From Archangium sp. (GTDB lineage: Bacteria > Myxococcota > Myxococcia > Myxococcales > Myxococcaceae): a stretch of DNA of 29,480 nucleotides. Position 1 is the stretch's first letter. Each line of letters begins with the position of its first letter. The notes beneath the pieces are model-generated. The model had not been told where the DNA came from. It was given only the letters and a program-made list of their open reading frames with translations, and searched no databases. The stretch is taken from NCBI GenBank assembly GCA_031367385.1, contig JANLPS010000459.1, forward strand, positions 1-29,480, in the 5' to 3' direction. The translations under genes were made by a program, and so were the position numbers. Shown piece by piece: positions 10,083-18,609 of this stretch.

Positions 10083-11642
10083 ATGATTCTCTCTCGCCGT
10101 AGCATGCTCGCCGCCTCTGGAGCAGCCATCGCCACCGCTGCGGGCCTGGCTGAAGCCCGGGGCCTCGTCACCGAGCCGCAATTTCTCAAGGTCATCGACG
10201 CCGCCCTTTCGACCGCCAAGCGCCAGGGCGCCAGCTACGCCGATGTTCGCATTCACCGCCGCAGATCGCAGCACGTCGGCGTTCGCGACAACCACGTCAG
10301 CTCGGTCTCCGAGAACGAGCTCTACGGCGTCGGTGTTCGCGTCATCTGCCAGGGCGCCTGGGGTTTCGCTTCGACCTCGCACGTCGACCCCTCAGAGGCC
10401 GGCCGCGCCGCCGTGACCGCCTGTGCGATGGCCACCGCCAACGCCGCCGTTCTCGAGCACAAGGTCGAGCTCGCCGCCAACCCGGTGCACGTCGCCGTCT
10501 GGCAGACCCCGCTCGAGCAAGACCCCTTCAAGATCCCTCCCGCCGACAAGGCCGAGCTGCTGCTGGCGGTCTCGCAAAAATTGCGAACAGTCAAGGGCAT
10601 CACCTTCTGCAACGTGGGCGTGAGCAGCAACCTGGAGTGGAAGCTCTTCGCCTCTTCAGAGGGCGCGCTGATCGAGCAGACCATCACCCGCCTCGACCCG
10701 TCGTACCAGGCCACCGCCATCGACAAAGCGACCGGCGAGGTCGCCAACCGCGAATGGGACGGCGCTCCCGCGCAGGCAGGCTGGGAGTACCTCGAACAGG
10801 CCCACTTTCTCGAAGACGCCGAGCGGGTGGCCACCGATGCCATTGAAAAGCTCAAGGCCGGCACGCTCGAGCCCAAGAAACGCGACCTGATTCTGAGCCC
10901 CAGTAACCTGTACCTGACCATTCACGAGTCGGTCGGGCACCCCACCGAGCTCGACCGCGCGCTCGGCATGGAGGCCAACTTCGCCGGCACCTCGTTCGCC
11001 ACGCTCGAAAAGCGCAACTCGCTGATCTACGCGTCGCCGATCGTGACGGTCTTCGCCGACAAGACGACGCCCGCTGCGCTGGCCACCTGCGGCTACGACG
11101 ACGATGGCGTCAAAACCCAGAAGTGGAACCTGGTCGAAAAGGGCCTCTTCGTCGGCTACCAGACCACCCGAGATCAAGCCGGGTGGATTGGGGAGACCGC
11201 CTCACGCGGCTGCAGCTACGCGCAAGATCACGCCTCGGTGCCGTTTCAGCGCATGCCGAACGTCTCGCTGGCACCGGGAGACAAAGACATCGGCGTCAAA
11301 GACCTGATCGCCGGCACCGAAGACGGCGTCTACATCGTCGGCAACGGCAGCTGGTCAATCGACCACCAACGCTACAATTTTCAGTTTGGCGGTCAGATGT
11401 TCTACGAGGTCAAGAAGGGCAAAATCACCCGCCCGCTCAAAGACATCGCCTACCAATCGAACACGCCGGAGTTCTGGCGCTCGTGTGACGCCATCGGCGG
11501 AGCGAAGAGCTGGGAGCTCAACGGGGCCTTTGGTGACGGCAAGGGTGAGCCCGGGCAGGTCAACGCGGTCAGCCACGGGTGCGCACCCGCGCGGTTTCGC
11601 GGCGTCTCGATCATCAACACCGCTTCGAAGAAGGGGGTCTGA
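10083..11642 (+). CDS. tldD: TldD/PmbA family metalloprotease, catalytic TldD-type subunit with twin-arginine signal
   Basis: Motifs YADVR, GVGVRV..GAWGFAST, HESVGH, YDDDGV, RMPNVSL and DGKGEPGQ..VSHG. The ATG at 10083 gives MILSRRSMLAASGAAIATAAGLAEA. Confidence 0.93.
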   Translation: MILSRRSMLAASGAAIATAAGLAEARGLVTEPQFLKVIDAALSTAKRQGASYADVRIHRRRSQHVGVRDNHVSSVSENELYGVGVRVICQGAWGFASTSHVDPSEAGRAAVTACAMATANAAVLEHKVELAANPVHVAVWQTPLEQDPFKIPPADKAELLLAVSQKLRTVKGITFCNVGVSSNLEWKLFASSEGALIEQTITRLDPSYQATAIDKATGEVANREWDGAPAQAGWEYLEQAHFLEDAERVATDAIEKLKAGTLEPKKRDLILSPSNLYLTIHESVGHPTELDRALGMEANFAGTSFATLEKRNSLIYASPIVTVFADKTTPAALATCGYDDDGVKTQKWNLVEKGLFVGYQTTRDQAGWIGETASRGCSYAQDHASVPFQRMPNVSLAPGDKDIGVKDLIAGTEDGVYIVGNGSWSIDHQRYNFQFGGQMFYEVKKGKITRPLKDIAYQSNTPEFWRSCDAIGGAKSWELNGAFGDGKGEPGQVNAVSHGCAPARFRGVSIINTASKKGV

Positions 11643-11645
11643 GCG

Positions 11646-12989
11646 ATGCCATCGACCACGACTGAAAAAGGCGTTCGCGACGCGATGCAGCGGGTCTTGG
11701 GCTTCGTGCGGGCCGCCGACCCGAAGGCCGAAGCCAGTGTCTCGGTCACCGCAGAACACCGCGCCAACACCCGCTTCGCTCGCAACGAAATCACCACCAG
11801 CGGAGACCGCGAGGAGCTCTCGTTGACCCTGACCGTGGGCCTCGGGCTGCGACGAGCCTCGGCGAGCACCAACCAGGTCGATGACGCCTCGCTCAAGGAA
11901 CTCGCTGAGCGTTCACTGGGCATGGCGAGGCTCTCGCCTGAGAACCCCGAGACGATGCCAGTGCTCGGCCCCCAGACCTACGGCAAATCGCCGTTGGCCT
12001 TCGATGCCGAGATCGCCAAGCTCGACGCGCTGGCCCGGGCGAAGGTCGCCGAGCAGGTCATCGACACCGGCAAACCGAGCGAGCTGCAGGTGGCCGGGTT
12101 TCTCGAGCACTCCGCGGGGCTGTTCGGCCGGGCCACCAGCGCCGGGTTGCTCGCGATGCACCCGATGTCATGGGCGAGCCTCTCGATGACCGCACGTACC
12201 AAAGACGGCACCGGCTCAGGGCACGAAGCCAACGACAGCCGGAGATGGAAAGACCTCGACGTCACCGCGATGGCCACACGCGCGTGCGCGACCTCGGTGG
12301 CCTCCAAGCAGCCCAAGAAGCTCGACGCGGGGCACTACACCGTGGTGCTGGCGCCTCTGGCCTCGGCCGAGTTCGCCGGCAGCTTCGTGTCATTGCTCGA
12401 TGCCCGGGCGGCAGACGAAGGCCGCTCCGCGTTCGCCAAGAAGGGAGGGGGCACCCGAGAGAAGGAGAAGCTGGTCAACGAGCTGGTCACGATTCGCAGC
12501 GACTGGTCGGCGGCCGAAGCGCCGGGCCTGCCCTTCGACGCAGAGGGGTTACCGCTCAAGCCCATTACCTGGGTCGACAAGGGGGTGCTCACGCTGCTGC
12601 CCGCCAACCGGTACTGGGCTCAAAAACAGAGCCGCCTCGCGACCAATTACCCGAGCGCCTACGTGATGGACAAAGGCGCCAGCAGCCACGAGGCGTTGAT
12701 CAAAGGGGTCAAGCGCGGCGTGCTGATTTCACGCTTCTGGTACACCCGTTGGCTCGACGAAGAGACCGCGATGCTCACCGGCTTGACCCGCGACGGCACG
12801 TTCTTGATCGAAAACGGCGAAATCGTGGGGCCGATCAACAACTTCCGCTTCAATCAGTCGGTGGTCGAGACGCTCAAGAACATCGAAGCGGTGGAGTCGA
12901 AGCTGTCACTGACCGACAACGCCGATGTGCGCGTGCCCGAATTTCGAACCAATGACTTCTTCTTGGCCTCGACCTCGGAGGCCGTCTAG
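11646..12989 (+). CDS. TldD/PmbA family protein, non-catalytic TldE/PmbA-type subunit
   Basis: Starts 3 bp after tldD. Has TRFARNEI, GHYTVVL, PFDAEG and TGLTRDGTFLIENG..NFRFNQS, with no HExxxH. Confidence 0.9.
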   Translation: MPSTTTEKGVRDAMQRVLGFVRAADPKAEASVSVTAEHRANTRFARNEITTSGDREELSLTLTVGLGLRRASASTNQVDDASLKELAERSLGMARLSPENPETMPVLGPQTYGKSPLAFDAEIAKLDALARAKVAEQVIDTGKPSELQVAGFLEHSAGLFGRATSAGLLAMHPMSWASLSMTARTKDGTGSGHEANDSRRWKDLDVTAMATRACATSVASKQPKKLDAGHYTVVLAPLASAEFAGSFVSLLDARAADEGRSAFAKKGGGTREKEKLVNELVTIRSDWSAAEAPGLPFDAEGLPLKPITWVDKGVLTLLPANRYWAQKQSRLATNYPSAYVMDKGASSHEALIKGVKRGVLISRFWYTRWLDEETAMLTGLTRDGTFLIENGEIVGPINNFRFNQSVVETLKNIEAVESKLSLTDNADVRVPEFRTNDFFLASTSEAV

Positions 12990-13000
12990 CGACTGGGCTT

Positions 13001-13210
13001 TCAGGCGAGCGCCCCGGCTTTGACGTCGAGCCGGGCGCCTTCGCTGTTCCACGTCACGTCGGGCTTCGCGATGACGTGGCACGCCTGGCAATACGTGCGC
13101 GCGCCATCCGGAGAGACCCGCATCTGCAAGTCGCCACCACACGAGGCGCACGCGTTGGGCAACGTCATCTCTGCCATTCGTTCGCCGACAATGCTGACCA
13201 TGTTCACCAT
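13001..13210 (-). CDS. Small putative zinc-ribbon protein
   Basis: Two CxxC pairs (CASC and CQAC) separated by 16 aa, filling the gap between tldE and the SPFH gene. The start is uncertain (13210, 13201, 13177 or 13168). Confidence 0.7.
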   Translation of the reverse strand: MVNMVSIVGERMAEMTLPNACASCGGDLQMRVSPDGARTYCQACHVIAKPDVTWNSEGARLDVKAGALA

Positions 13211-13268
13211 GCGCTTGATTTACAGCGGCAAACCCGCGACGCAAGGCGAAGTGAGACGTTTGATGAGG

Positions 13269-14228
13269 CTATTCGTGAGGTTCGCCTGGCCGTCGCGTGA
13301 TGCGAGCAGCCAGCGGCTTCGCCGGCACGAGCGGGTCGACATGTGACGCAATCAACGGCGCGAGCAGCTGACCCGTGGCCCCGGCCGGTAAAAAAGTGAC
13401 CTGGGCGCCTGATTCGAGCAGTTTTTGAGTCTCGAGCAGCTCGTACATGGCCTCCATCACCTCGCCGTCTTCACTGATTTTCTGCAGCGCCTTGCCGACG
13501 ATCAGCGGTCGCTGAGCCCCTGCCCGCGCGAACTCCGCGGCGGCCTGCCGGTCGGCGCTCGACTTGATGATGTTGACCTGGTTGTTGCCGTCTTGCCGAA
13601 TCGCGCTGGTGACCTGGCGCAGCCGGTTGACGACCTTCTCTTCAATCTGCCGAATCATCGCCAGGTCGCGAAAGTGCACCTTGCGAATGTAGACGCTGCC
13701 CAACTGGTAGCCCCACTCGGTGCTCCGAGGGCTCACCTCGTTGCGCACCGCCTGGCTCATCACGTGCCGGGTCTCGAGCATGTCGGCCAGCTTCATGTTC
13801 GAGAGCGTGCGCACCGCGGCGTTCGACACGTTGGCTTGCAAGCTGCCGCGAGGGTCGGCGTTCTTGAACAAGAACGAGACCGGGTTGTTGACCCACATCT
13901 CGTACCAAATGCCGATGCCCATCGGCGCGCCCTCTTCGGAGTTCACCGGTTGGCTGCGCAGGTACTGTTGATCGAGGCGCAGGTCGACCGTGTACACCTT
14001 GCCGAACAGGGGAATGAGGGCCGACTTGATGCCCAGCTGAGCCCACAAGAAGTGCAGGCCGGGCTCGTCGATGGTGCCGAGCACTTCACCGAAGAGGGTG
14101 AACACCTTCGACTTACGCTCTTCGATGGTGGTGTAGACGCCGAACGCGCGGGCGAAGGCCATCGCGATGGGCACGCCAATCAAGAACCAGAAGAACCCGA
14201 TGAACATCGAAATGAGAAAGTCGATCAC
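13269..14228 (-). CDS. SPFH/Band-7 domain membrane protein (second of pair)
   Basis: N-terminal TM, then VFTLFGEVLGTIDEPGLHF, WGYQLGSVYIRKV and a C-terminal Ala/Gln-rich coiled coil. The GTG start overlaps the upstream TGA (GTGA at 14225-14228). Confidence 0.88.
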   Translation of the reverse strand: MIDFLISMFIGFFWFLIGVPIAMAFARAFGVYTTIEERKSKVFTLFGEVLGTIDEPGLHFLWAQLGIKSALIPLFGKVYTVDLRLDQQYLRSQPVNSEEGAPMGIGIWYEMWVNNPVSFLFKNADPRGSLQANVSNAAVRTLSNMKLADMLETRHVMSQAVRNEVSPRSTEWGYQLGSVYIRKVHFRDLAMIRQIEEKVVNRLRQVTSAIRQDGNNQVNIIKSSADRQAAAEFARAGAQRPLIVGKALQKISEDGEVMEAMYELLETQKLLESGAQVTFLPAGATGQLLAPLIASHVDPLVPAKPLAARITRRPGEPHE

Positions 14229-15280
14229 TTGCGCACCTCCATGAAGGCGGCCCGGGCACGGCTGTAGAGTGAGAGCTTCACGTTGCGTAAGTAGGCGCGG
14301 AGCACCCCGCCGCCGCCGTTTCGCTTGATGTCTGAGAGCTGGGTGGCGAGCTGCAAGAGCGGCTCGACCTCGGCCTGGGCGTTGAGCGATTCGATCTCGA
14401 CGGCGCGACGAGACTGCACGATCTTTTGATCGGCTGAGGCCTGGGCCAACGACACCTCGGCGCCGACCGAGTTGTGCGCGGTGTTGATCGCGGCCAGCGC
14501 GCTCTCGACCTCGACCGGAGGGTCGATGCTGGTGATGAGCGACGCATCGAGCACGATGCCGTAGCGCGCGGCTGATGAAGCGCAGTCCCTGTCCATCTGC
14601 TCGTTGAGCAGGCGGAGGTTCTTGCGCAGGTCGTTGATCGAAATGCCCTCGGTGCCCTTCAAGTCGTTGGCCGAGACCACCCGGTCTGAGACGACGTGGG
14701 TGGGGTCGTTGTCGCCGGCGGGCAGGGCTGGCTTGTCGCTCGCGTCTGCAGGCGCTTCGAACGAGGCGATCTTCTGGCGCAGAATCGAGACGAAATACCC
14801 GAGCACGTGCACCAGTGGGCGCTTCACGCCGAACAAGTACGCGTAGAGGTTCTGCTCGGCGACGCGAAAACGCAGCTGACCCACGAGGCCGATGTTCAGC
14901 TGATCTTTGGTCACGCCCTCGAGCATGGTGCCGCTGCGATTGGCGTTTGGGTCTTCAGGGTCGAACGACAGATTCACCGTCTCGGTGGCGATCGAGACCT
15001 TGTAGACCTTCTCCCACGGCCACTTGAAGTAGGGCCCGCCGGGTGAAATCACGCGTATTTGGGGGTAGCGGTAGCGCTCGCGTTCGTCGGGTCGCAGCGA
15101 CTCGGCCATCGGCGTCTCGAGAGTCGTGCGCTCGAGGCGCTGCGCACGCCCGAAGGAGGTCTTCACCGCGCGCTCGTTTTGATTGACCGTGAAAAAGCCA
15201 AAGACCAGGTAGCGCACGGTGAACCACCCGACGCCGCCCAGCAGCAACCCGAGCACTGAAATCTGAAACCCGTCTTCCAT
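14225..15280 (-). CDS. SPFH/Band-7 domain membrane protein (first of pair)
   Basis: ATG at 15280 with GAAGGGG upstream. N-terminal TM, GFFTVNQNERAVKTSFG, PGGPYFKWPWEKV, YGIVLDASLITSIDPP and a coiled-coil tail. Confidence 0.88.
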   Translation of the reverse strand: MEDGFQISVLGLLLGGVGWFTVRYLVFGFFTVNQNERAVKTSFGRAQRLERTTLETPMAESLRPDERERYRYPQIRVISPGGPYFKWPWEKVYKVSIATETVNLSFDPEDPNANRSGTMLEGVTKDQLNIGLVGQLRFRVAEQNLYAYLFGVKRPLVHVLGYFVSILRQKIASFEAPADASDKPALPAGDNDPTHVVSDRVVSANDLKGTEGISINDLRKNLRLLNEQMDRDCASSAARYGIVLDASLITSIDPPVEVESALAAINTAHNSVGAEVSLAQASADQKIVQSRRAVEIESLNAQAEVEPLLQLATQLSDIKRNGGGGVLRAYLRNVKLSLYSRARAAFMEVRK

Positions 15281-15351
15281 GGTGTGGCCCCTTCGAAGCT
15301 TTGCGAACCTAGCGCACCGGTATCGAGACCGGCAGGCGATCACGCAAGCCG

Positions 15352-16413
15352 CTATCGAATGGGGGTTGGCGTCGTCGCCGTGACCGTGACACCGGTGACC
15401 CACGCCTGGCGAATCAGGCGACCGCAGCGCAGGGAGGCGAACCCTTGATTGCCCCCCGGCGACCCCGCCCGGCGTGCAACCACCCCGTACCAGGTCTTGG
15501 AGCTGTCAACCCAGGGGTAGAACCCGAGGGCTCCGGCGCTGCTGAAGGCGTGATCGCCGACGGTCGGGTCGTCTTCTACCCAATGCCCCAGCGAGTAGCT
15601 CCAGGCCTCGTCGGGCGGTGCCGGAGAAAGCACGGCCCCCGCGGCACAGGCGCTCGAGGCACAGACCTTGTTGCTGCCCAGCTGCCCCGACATCACGTAC
15701 TCGTCGCGCAGCATTCGACGGAGGAACGCGGCATAGCCGGTCGCGCTGGCGTTCAGCCCTCCGGCGAGGTTGGTCTGCAAGTAGGTGAAGTCGAAGGTGC
15801 CGATCGATGAGGTGATCTCGGTCGTCAACGCTGGGGCGTTGAGCGAGCCCAGCCCCATGGTGTTGGTGGCGTGGTACTGAAAATGGCCAGCGCTGTAATA
15901 AAACGTGCCCGGCGCGGCGCTCGAATCAACCACGCCCGCAGCGCACTCGCCCACGGTTTCGCCCAGGCCGCAGGTCGCCTCTTTGGCGGTTTTGGAGGGG
16001 GGAAACACCTTGCCGCTCGTGAAGTGCAAGAACGGCACGTCGCTCGAGCGCACACCGCCCACCTTCTGCAGCACGTAGGTTGAGTAGACCCACTTCGATG
16101 ACGAGGCGATCGCGATCACCTGTGACGCGGTCTGCGTGTTGGTGCCGGTGACGCTGCCCGAGACGCGCGCACCGTCGCGGTCACCGATCTCCCAGTAGAA
16201 ACCCTCGGGCAAGGCGGCGTTGTTGCACGCCGGGTTGGTGTTCGCCGTTTGCGTCGCGGCGTTGATGCGTTCTTCGTTGCTGGGGCCCCCATCGATACCG
16301 GCATCTGCAGGGGCGCCCGAGTCGGTCGCCTCACCGGCGTCGAACGACCCAACCGCTGGGCCACACCCCGAAGCGAAGGCAATCGAAACGAGGGCGGCAA
16401 TTCGGAGTTTCAT
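15352..16413 (-). CDS. Lipoprotein, probable beta-lactamase-fold serine hydrolase (SxxK family)
   Basis: The ATG at 16413 gives MKLRIAALVSIAFASGC (lipobox), followed by a DAG linker. Motifs IASSSKW (SxxK), PGTFYYS, YSLGHW and SSAGALGFYPWVD resemble class C/esterase family motifs. Confidence 0.72.
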   Translation of the reverse strand: MKLRIAALVSIAFASGCGPAVGSFDAGEATDSGAPADAGIDGGPSNEERINAATQTANTNPACNNAALPEGFYWEIGDRDGARVSGSVTGTNTQTASQVIAIASSSKWVYSTYVLQKVGGVRSSDVPFLHFTSGKVFPPSKTAKEATCGLGETVGECAAGVVDSSAAPGTFYYSAGHFQYHATNTMGLGSLNAPALTTEITSSIGTFDFTYLQTNLAGGLNASATGYAAFLRRMLRDEYVMSGQLGSNKVCASSACAAGAVLSPAPPDEAWSYSLGHWVEDDPTVGDHAFSSAGALGFYPWVDSSKTWYGVVARRAGSPGGNQGFASLRCGRLIRQAWVTGVTVTATTPTPIR

Positions 16414-16455
16414 GCCCTTCAAACAGAGCTCACCCCGAATGGTTGCGGAGCTCAA

Positions 16456-17616
16456 TCAGGGCGGCGGCCGGTCATGCCCCGCCACTTTCCGCTCGAGGTA
16501 CAACCGCATGGCCTCGCGCCCGAGCCAGGTGGCCCGTATGCGCCAATGGGGGTCGTTGACGATCACCGCGGCGACGGCGACCTTCGGGTTGTCGCGCGGA
16601 GCAAACCCGACGAACCAGGTGTAGTCGCGAAAGGGCTTTTTGTCGGCCAGGGAGCCCGTCTTGCCGGCCGCTCCGGGCACCCGCATGCCGCGCTCGGCGA
16701 AGATGCGGTGGGCAGTGCCCGAGGTCACGGTCTCCTCCATCATCGAGGTGAGCTGCTCGGCGACCTCCACCGGCATCACCCGCTCCTCAGTCGCGGCGTC
16801 GGCCTCGAAGAGCACCGGGCTGCGCCAGACTCCGCGGTTGGCGGCGACCGCGGCGAGGGCAGCGCCATGCAGGGGCGACATGAAGACGTCACCAAAGCCT
16901 GCTCCGGCGAGCGCGAAGGGGTAGGTGTCTTCGGGTATCGCGGCCAGCGACGGCTCGGTCGGCACGGGAAAGGTGAAGGCCGAGTTGAAGTGAAAGGCCT
17001 TGGTCACGGCCTTCAAGCGCAGCGGGTCGAGGTACTTCGCGGTGAGCTTGGCGAAGGCCACGTTCGCGCTGTGCGCGAGCGCTGACGAGAGCGACAGGCA
17101 GCGCAAATCACCGGGAGAATCATCGAGTTGCGTCTCGAGCACGTTGCGTTTGCCGCCGTTGATGCAGACCTCCTGCTCGGGCGAAACCCCGGCCTCGAGC
17201 AACGCTGTCGCGGTGACCACCTTGAACACGCTCGCCGCAGGGTAGACGGCCTTGGTGCACAGCCCGCGAAGCTCGGGGTTCGTCTCGGAGTGCTCGGCCA
17301 TCGCCAGCACCTTGCCGGTCGCCGGGTCGAGCGCCACGACCGCGGCGTACGGCGTTTGGTAGTTGATGAGAATATCGGTGAGCTGCTTCTGCAGCGTGAG
17401 GTCGATGGTGAGCGGCTCCGGAGTGCCGCCGCGGGTCGCCCACAGCTGCCCGGTCTTGGCCACCGCATTGGCCAGCACGTCGAGGTGCGGGTTCAAGGTG
17501 GTGACCTTCGCGAGCGGAGGCGCCTGAAGGCGGCTGGGCACGTCGAGCTCGGCCTCGGCTTCAGGCTCGGGGTCGCTCTGCGTGAGCACGGTGGCGAGGG
17601 TGAGCCAGAAGAGCAC
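16456..17616 (-). CDS. Penicillin-binding protein, transpeptidase domain only
   Basis: Motifs LTIDLTLQ, ALDPATGKVLAMA, ASVFK (SxxK), SAN (SxN), GKTG and WFVGFAP. Only 386 aa, with a short hydrophobic N-terminus and no transglycosylase or pedestal domain. Confidence 0.92.
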   Translation of the reverse strand: MLFWLTLATVLTQSDPEPEAEAELDVPSRLQAPPLAKVTTLNPHLDVLANAVAKTGQLWATRGGTPEPLTIDLTLQKQLTDILINYQTPYAAVVALDPATGKVLAMAEHSETNPELRGLCTKAVYPAASVFKVVTATALLEAGVSPEQEVCINGGKRNVLETQLDDSPGDLRCLSLSSALAHSANVAFAKLTAKYLDPLRLKAVTKAFHFNSAFTFPVPTEPSLAAIPEDTYPFALAGAGFGDVFMSPLHGAALAAVAANRGVWRSPVLFEADAATEERVMPVEVAEQLTSMMEETVTSGTAHRIFAERGMRVPGAAGKTGSLADKKPFRDYTWFVGFAPRDNPKVAVAAVIVNDPHWRIRATWLGREAMRLYLERKVAGHDRPPP

Positions 17617-17679
17617 GGCCCAGAGCTTTACCTCACTTCGTTCTTCGCGTTCAGCCCGCGCACGCCTACGGTGCGCCGG

Positions 17680-18609
17680 GTGGAAGACCTGAACGAAATC
17701 GCGTCAGTCTGGCGCGGAGAAGTGACCCGGGCGATCAAGAGTGGCCGGGTGGTCGTGTTGCTGATTCTCTTTCTGCTCTTCGTCGGGCTCGCGCTGACCA
17801 TCGTCGGGTTCATCAACTACCAGCTCAACGCCCAGGCCGGCACCCAGCTCGCCAGCGCCGGAGCCGACGCCGCCCAAACCGCCGAGGCGATGGCCAAGCA
17901 GAAGGCCGGCATTCTCTCGTTCATGTTCGCCGACGATGAGGCGATGCTCGAGTCGCTCGCCAAGGTGCCGCTGGTGCTGCTGATCGTCTTCAAGGTGACG
18001 CTGCGCTTCGTGCCGCTGTTGATCGCCCTGATGGGCTTCGATCAACTCGCCGGAGAAATCGGCCCCAAGTCGATTCGCTACTTCGTAGTGCGGGTCAAAC
18101 GCAGCTCGCTGGTCTTCGGCAAGTTTCTCGCGCAGGCCACCATCTTCGGGCTGCTGCTCACGGTCTCGACGATCATGATGGTGGTGGTCGCGCGGGTCTT
18201 GAACCCCGAGTTCGAAGCCAGCGACGTCGTGCTGTGGACCTTCAAGCTCATCGTCTCGTCATTCGTGCTGGCGCTCGCGTACCTGGGGTTGACCACGCTG
18301 TGCAGCGCGGTGCTCAAGCAGGGCTCGGTGGCGCTGGCGCTCAACATCATTCTGCTCTTCGTGCTCTGGTTCGTGGCGCTGATCGGCGAGTTCTACCGAA
18401 TACCCGGTGAAGTGGTGACCGGCGCGCTCGGCGAGCTGCGCACCGAGTCGCTGTTCGGGTATTTGCGGTACGCCTCGGTCTGGCACTACGGGCAAGACCT
18501 GCTGCACCCGCATTGGCGGCAATTTCTGACCGCCGCGATGGTGCACGTGGGCTTCGCGCTGACCTTCTTGGGCCTGGCGCAAGTGGTGATCAACAAGAGG
18601 GATCTCTGA
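17680..18609 (+). CDS. ABC-2 type transporter permease
   Basis: About six TM segments and GFDQLAGEIGPKSIRYFVVRVKRSSLVFGKFL. The start is set at GTG 17680 because the ORF-track extension overlaps the PBP gene in antisense. Confidence 0.88.
   Translation: MEDLNEIASVWRGEVTRAIKSGRVVVLLILFLLFVGLALTIVGFINYQLNAQAGTQLASAGADAAQTAEAMAKQKAGILSFMFADDEAMLESLAKVPLVLLIVFKVTLRFVPLLIALMGFDQLAGEIGPKSIRYFVVRVKRSSLVFGKFLAQATIFGLLLTVSTIMMVVVARVLNPEFEASDVVLWTFKLIVSSFVLALAYLGLTTLCSAVLKQGSVALALNIILLFVLWFVALIGEFYRIPGEVVTGALGELRTESLFGYLRYASVWHYGQDLLHPHWRQFLTAAMVHVGFALTFLGLAQVVINKRDL

Noticed and set aside
8431..12989. RiPP or polyketide beta-branching cluster suggested by HMGS plus TldDE
   Set aside because: No YcaO, radical SAM, lanthipeptide, ACP, KS or ECH genes are present in the window.
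13079..13093. CQACH as a c-type heme-binding motif
   Set aside because: The protein has no signal peptide and has a second CxxC pair, so a zinc ribbon is the simpler explanation.
17128..17679. N-terminal extension of the ABC permease in the ORF track
   Set aside because: It overlaps the PBP gene in antisense; permease-like sequence begins near GTG 17680.
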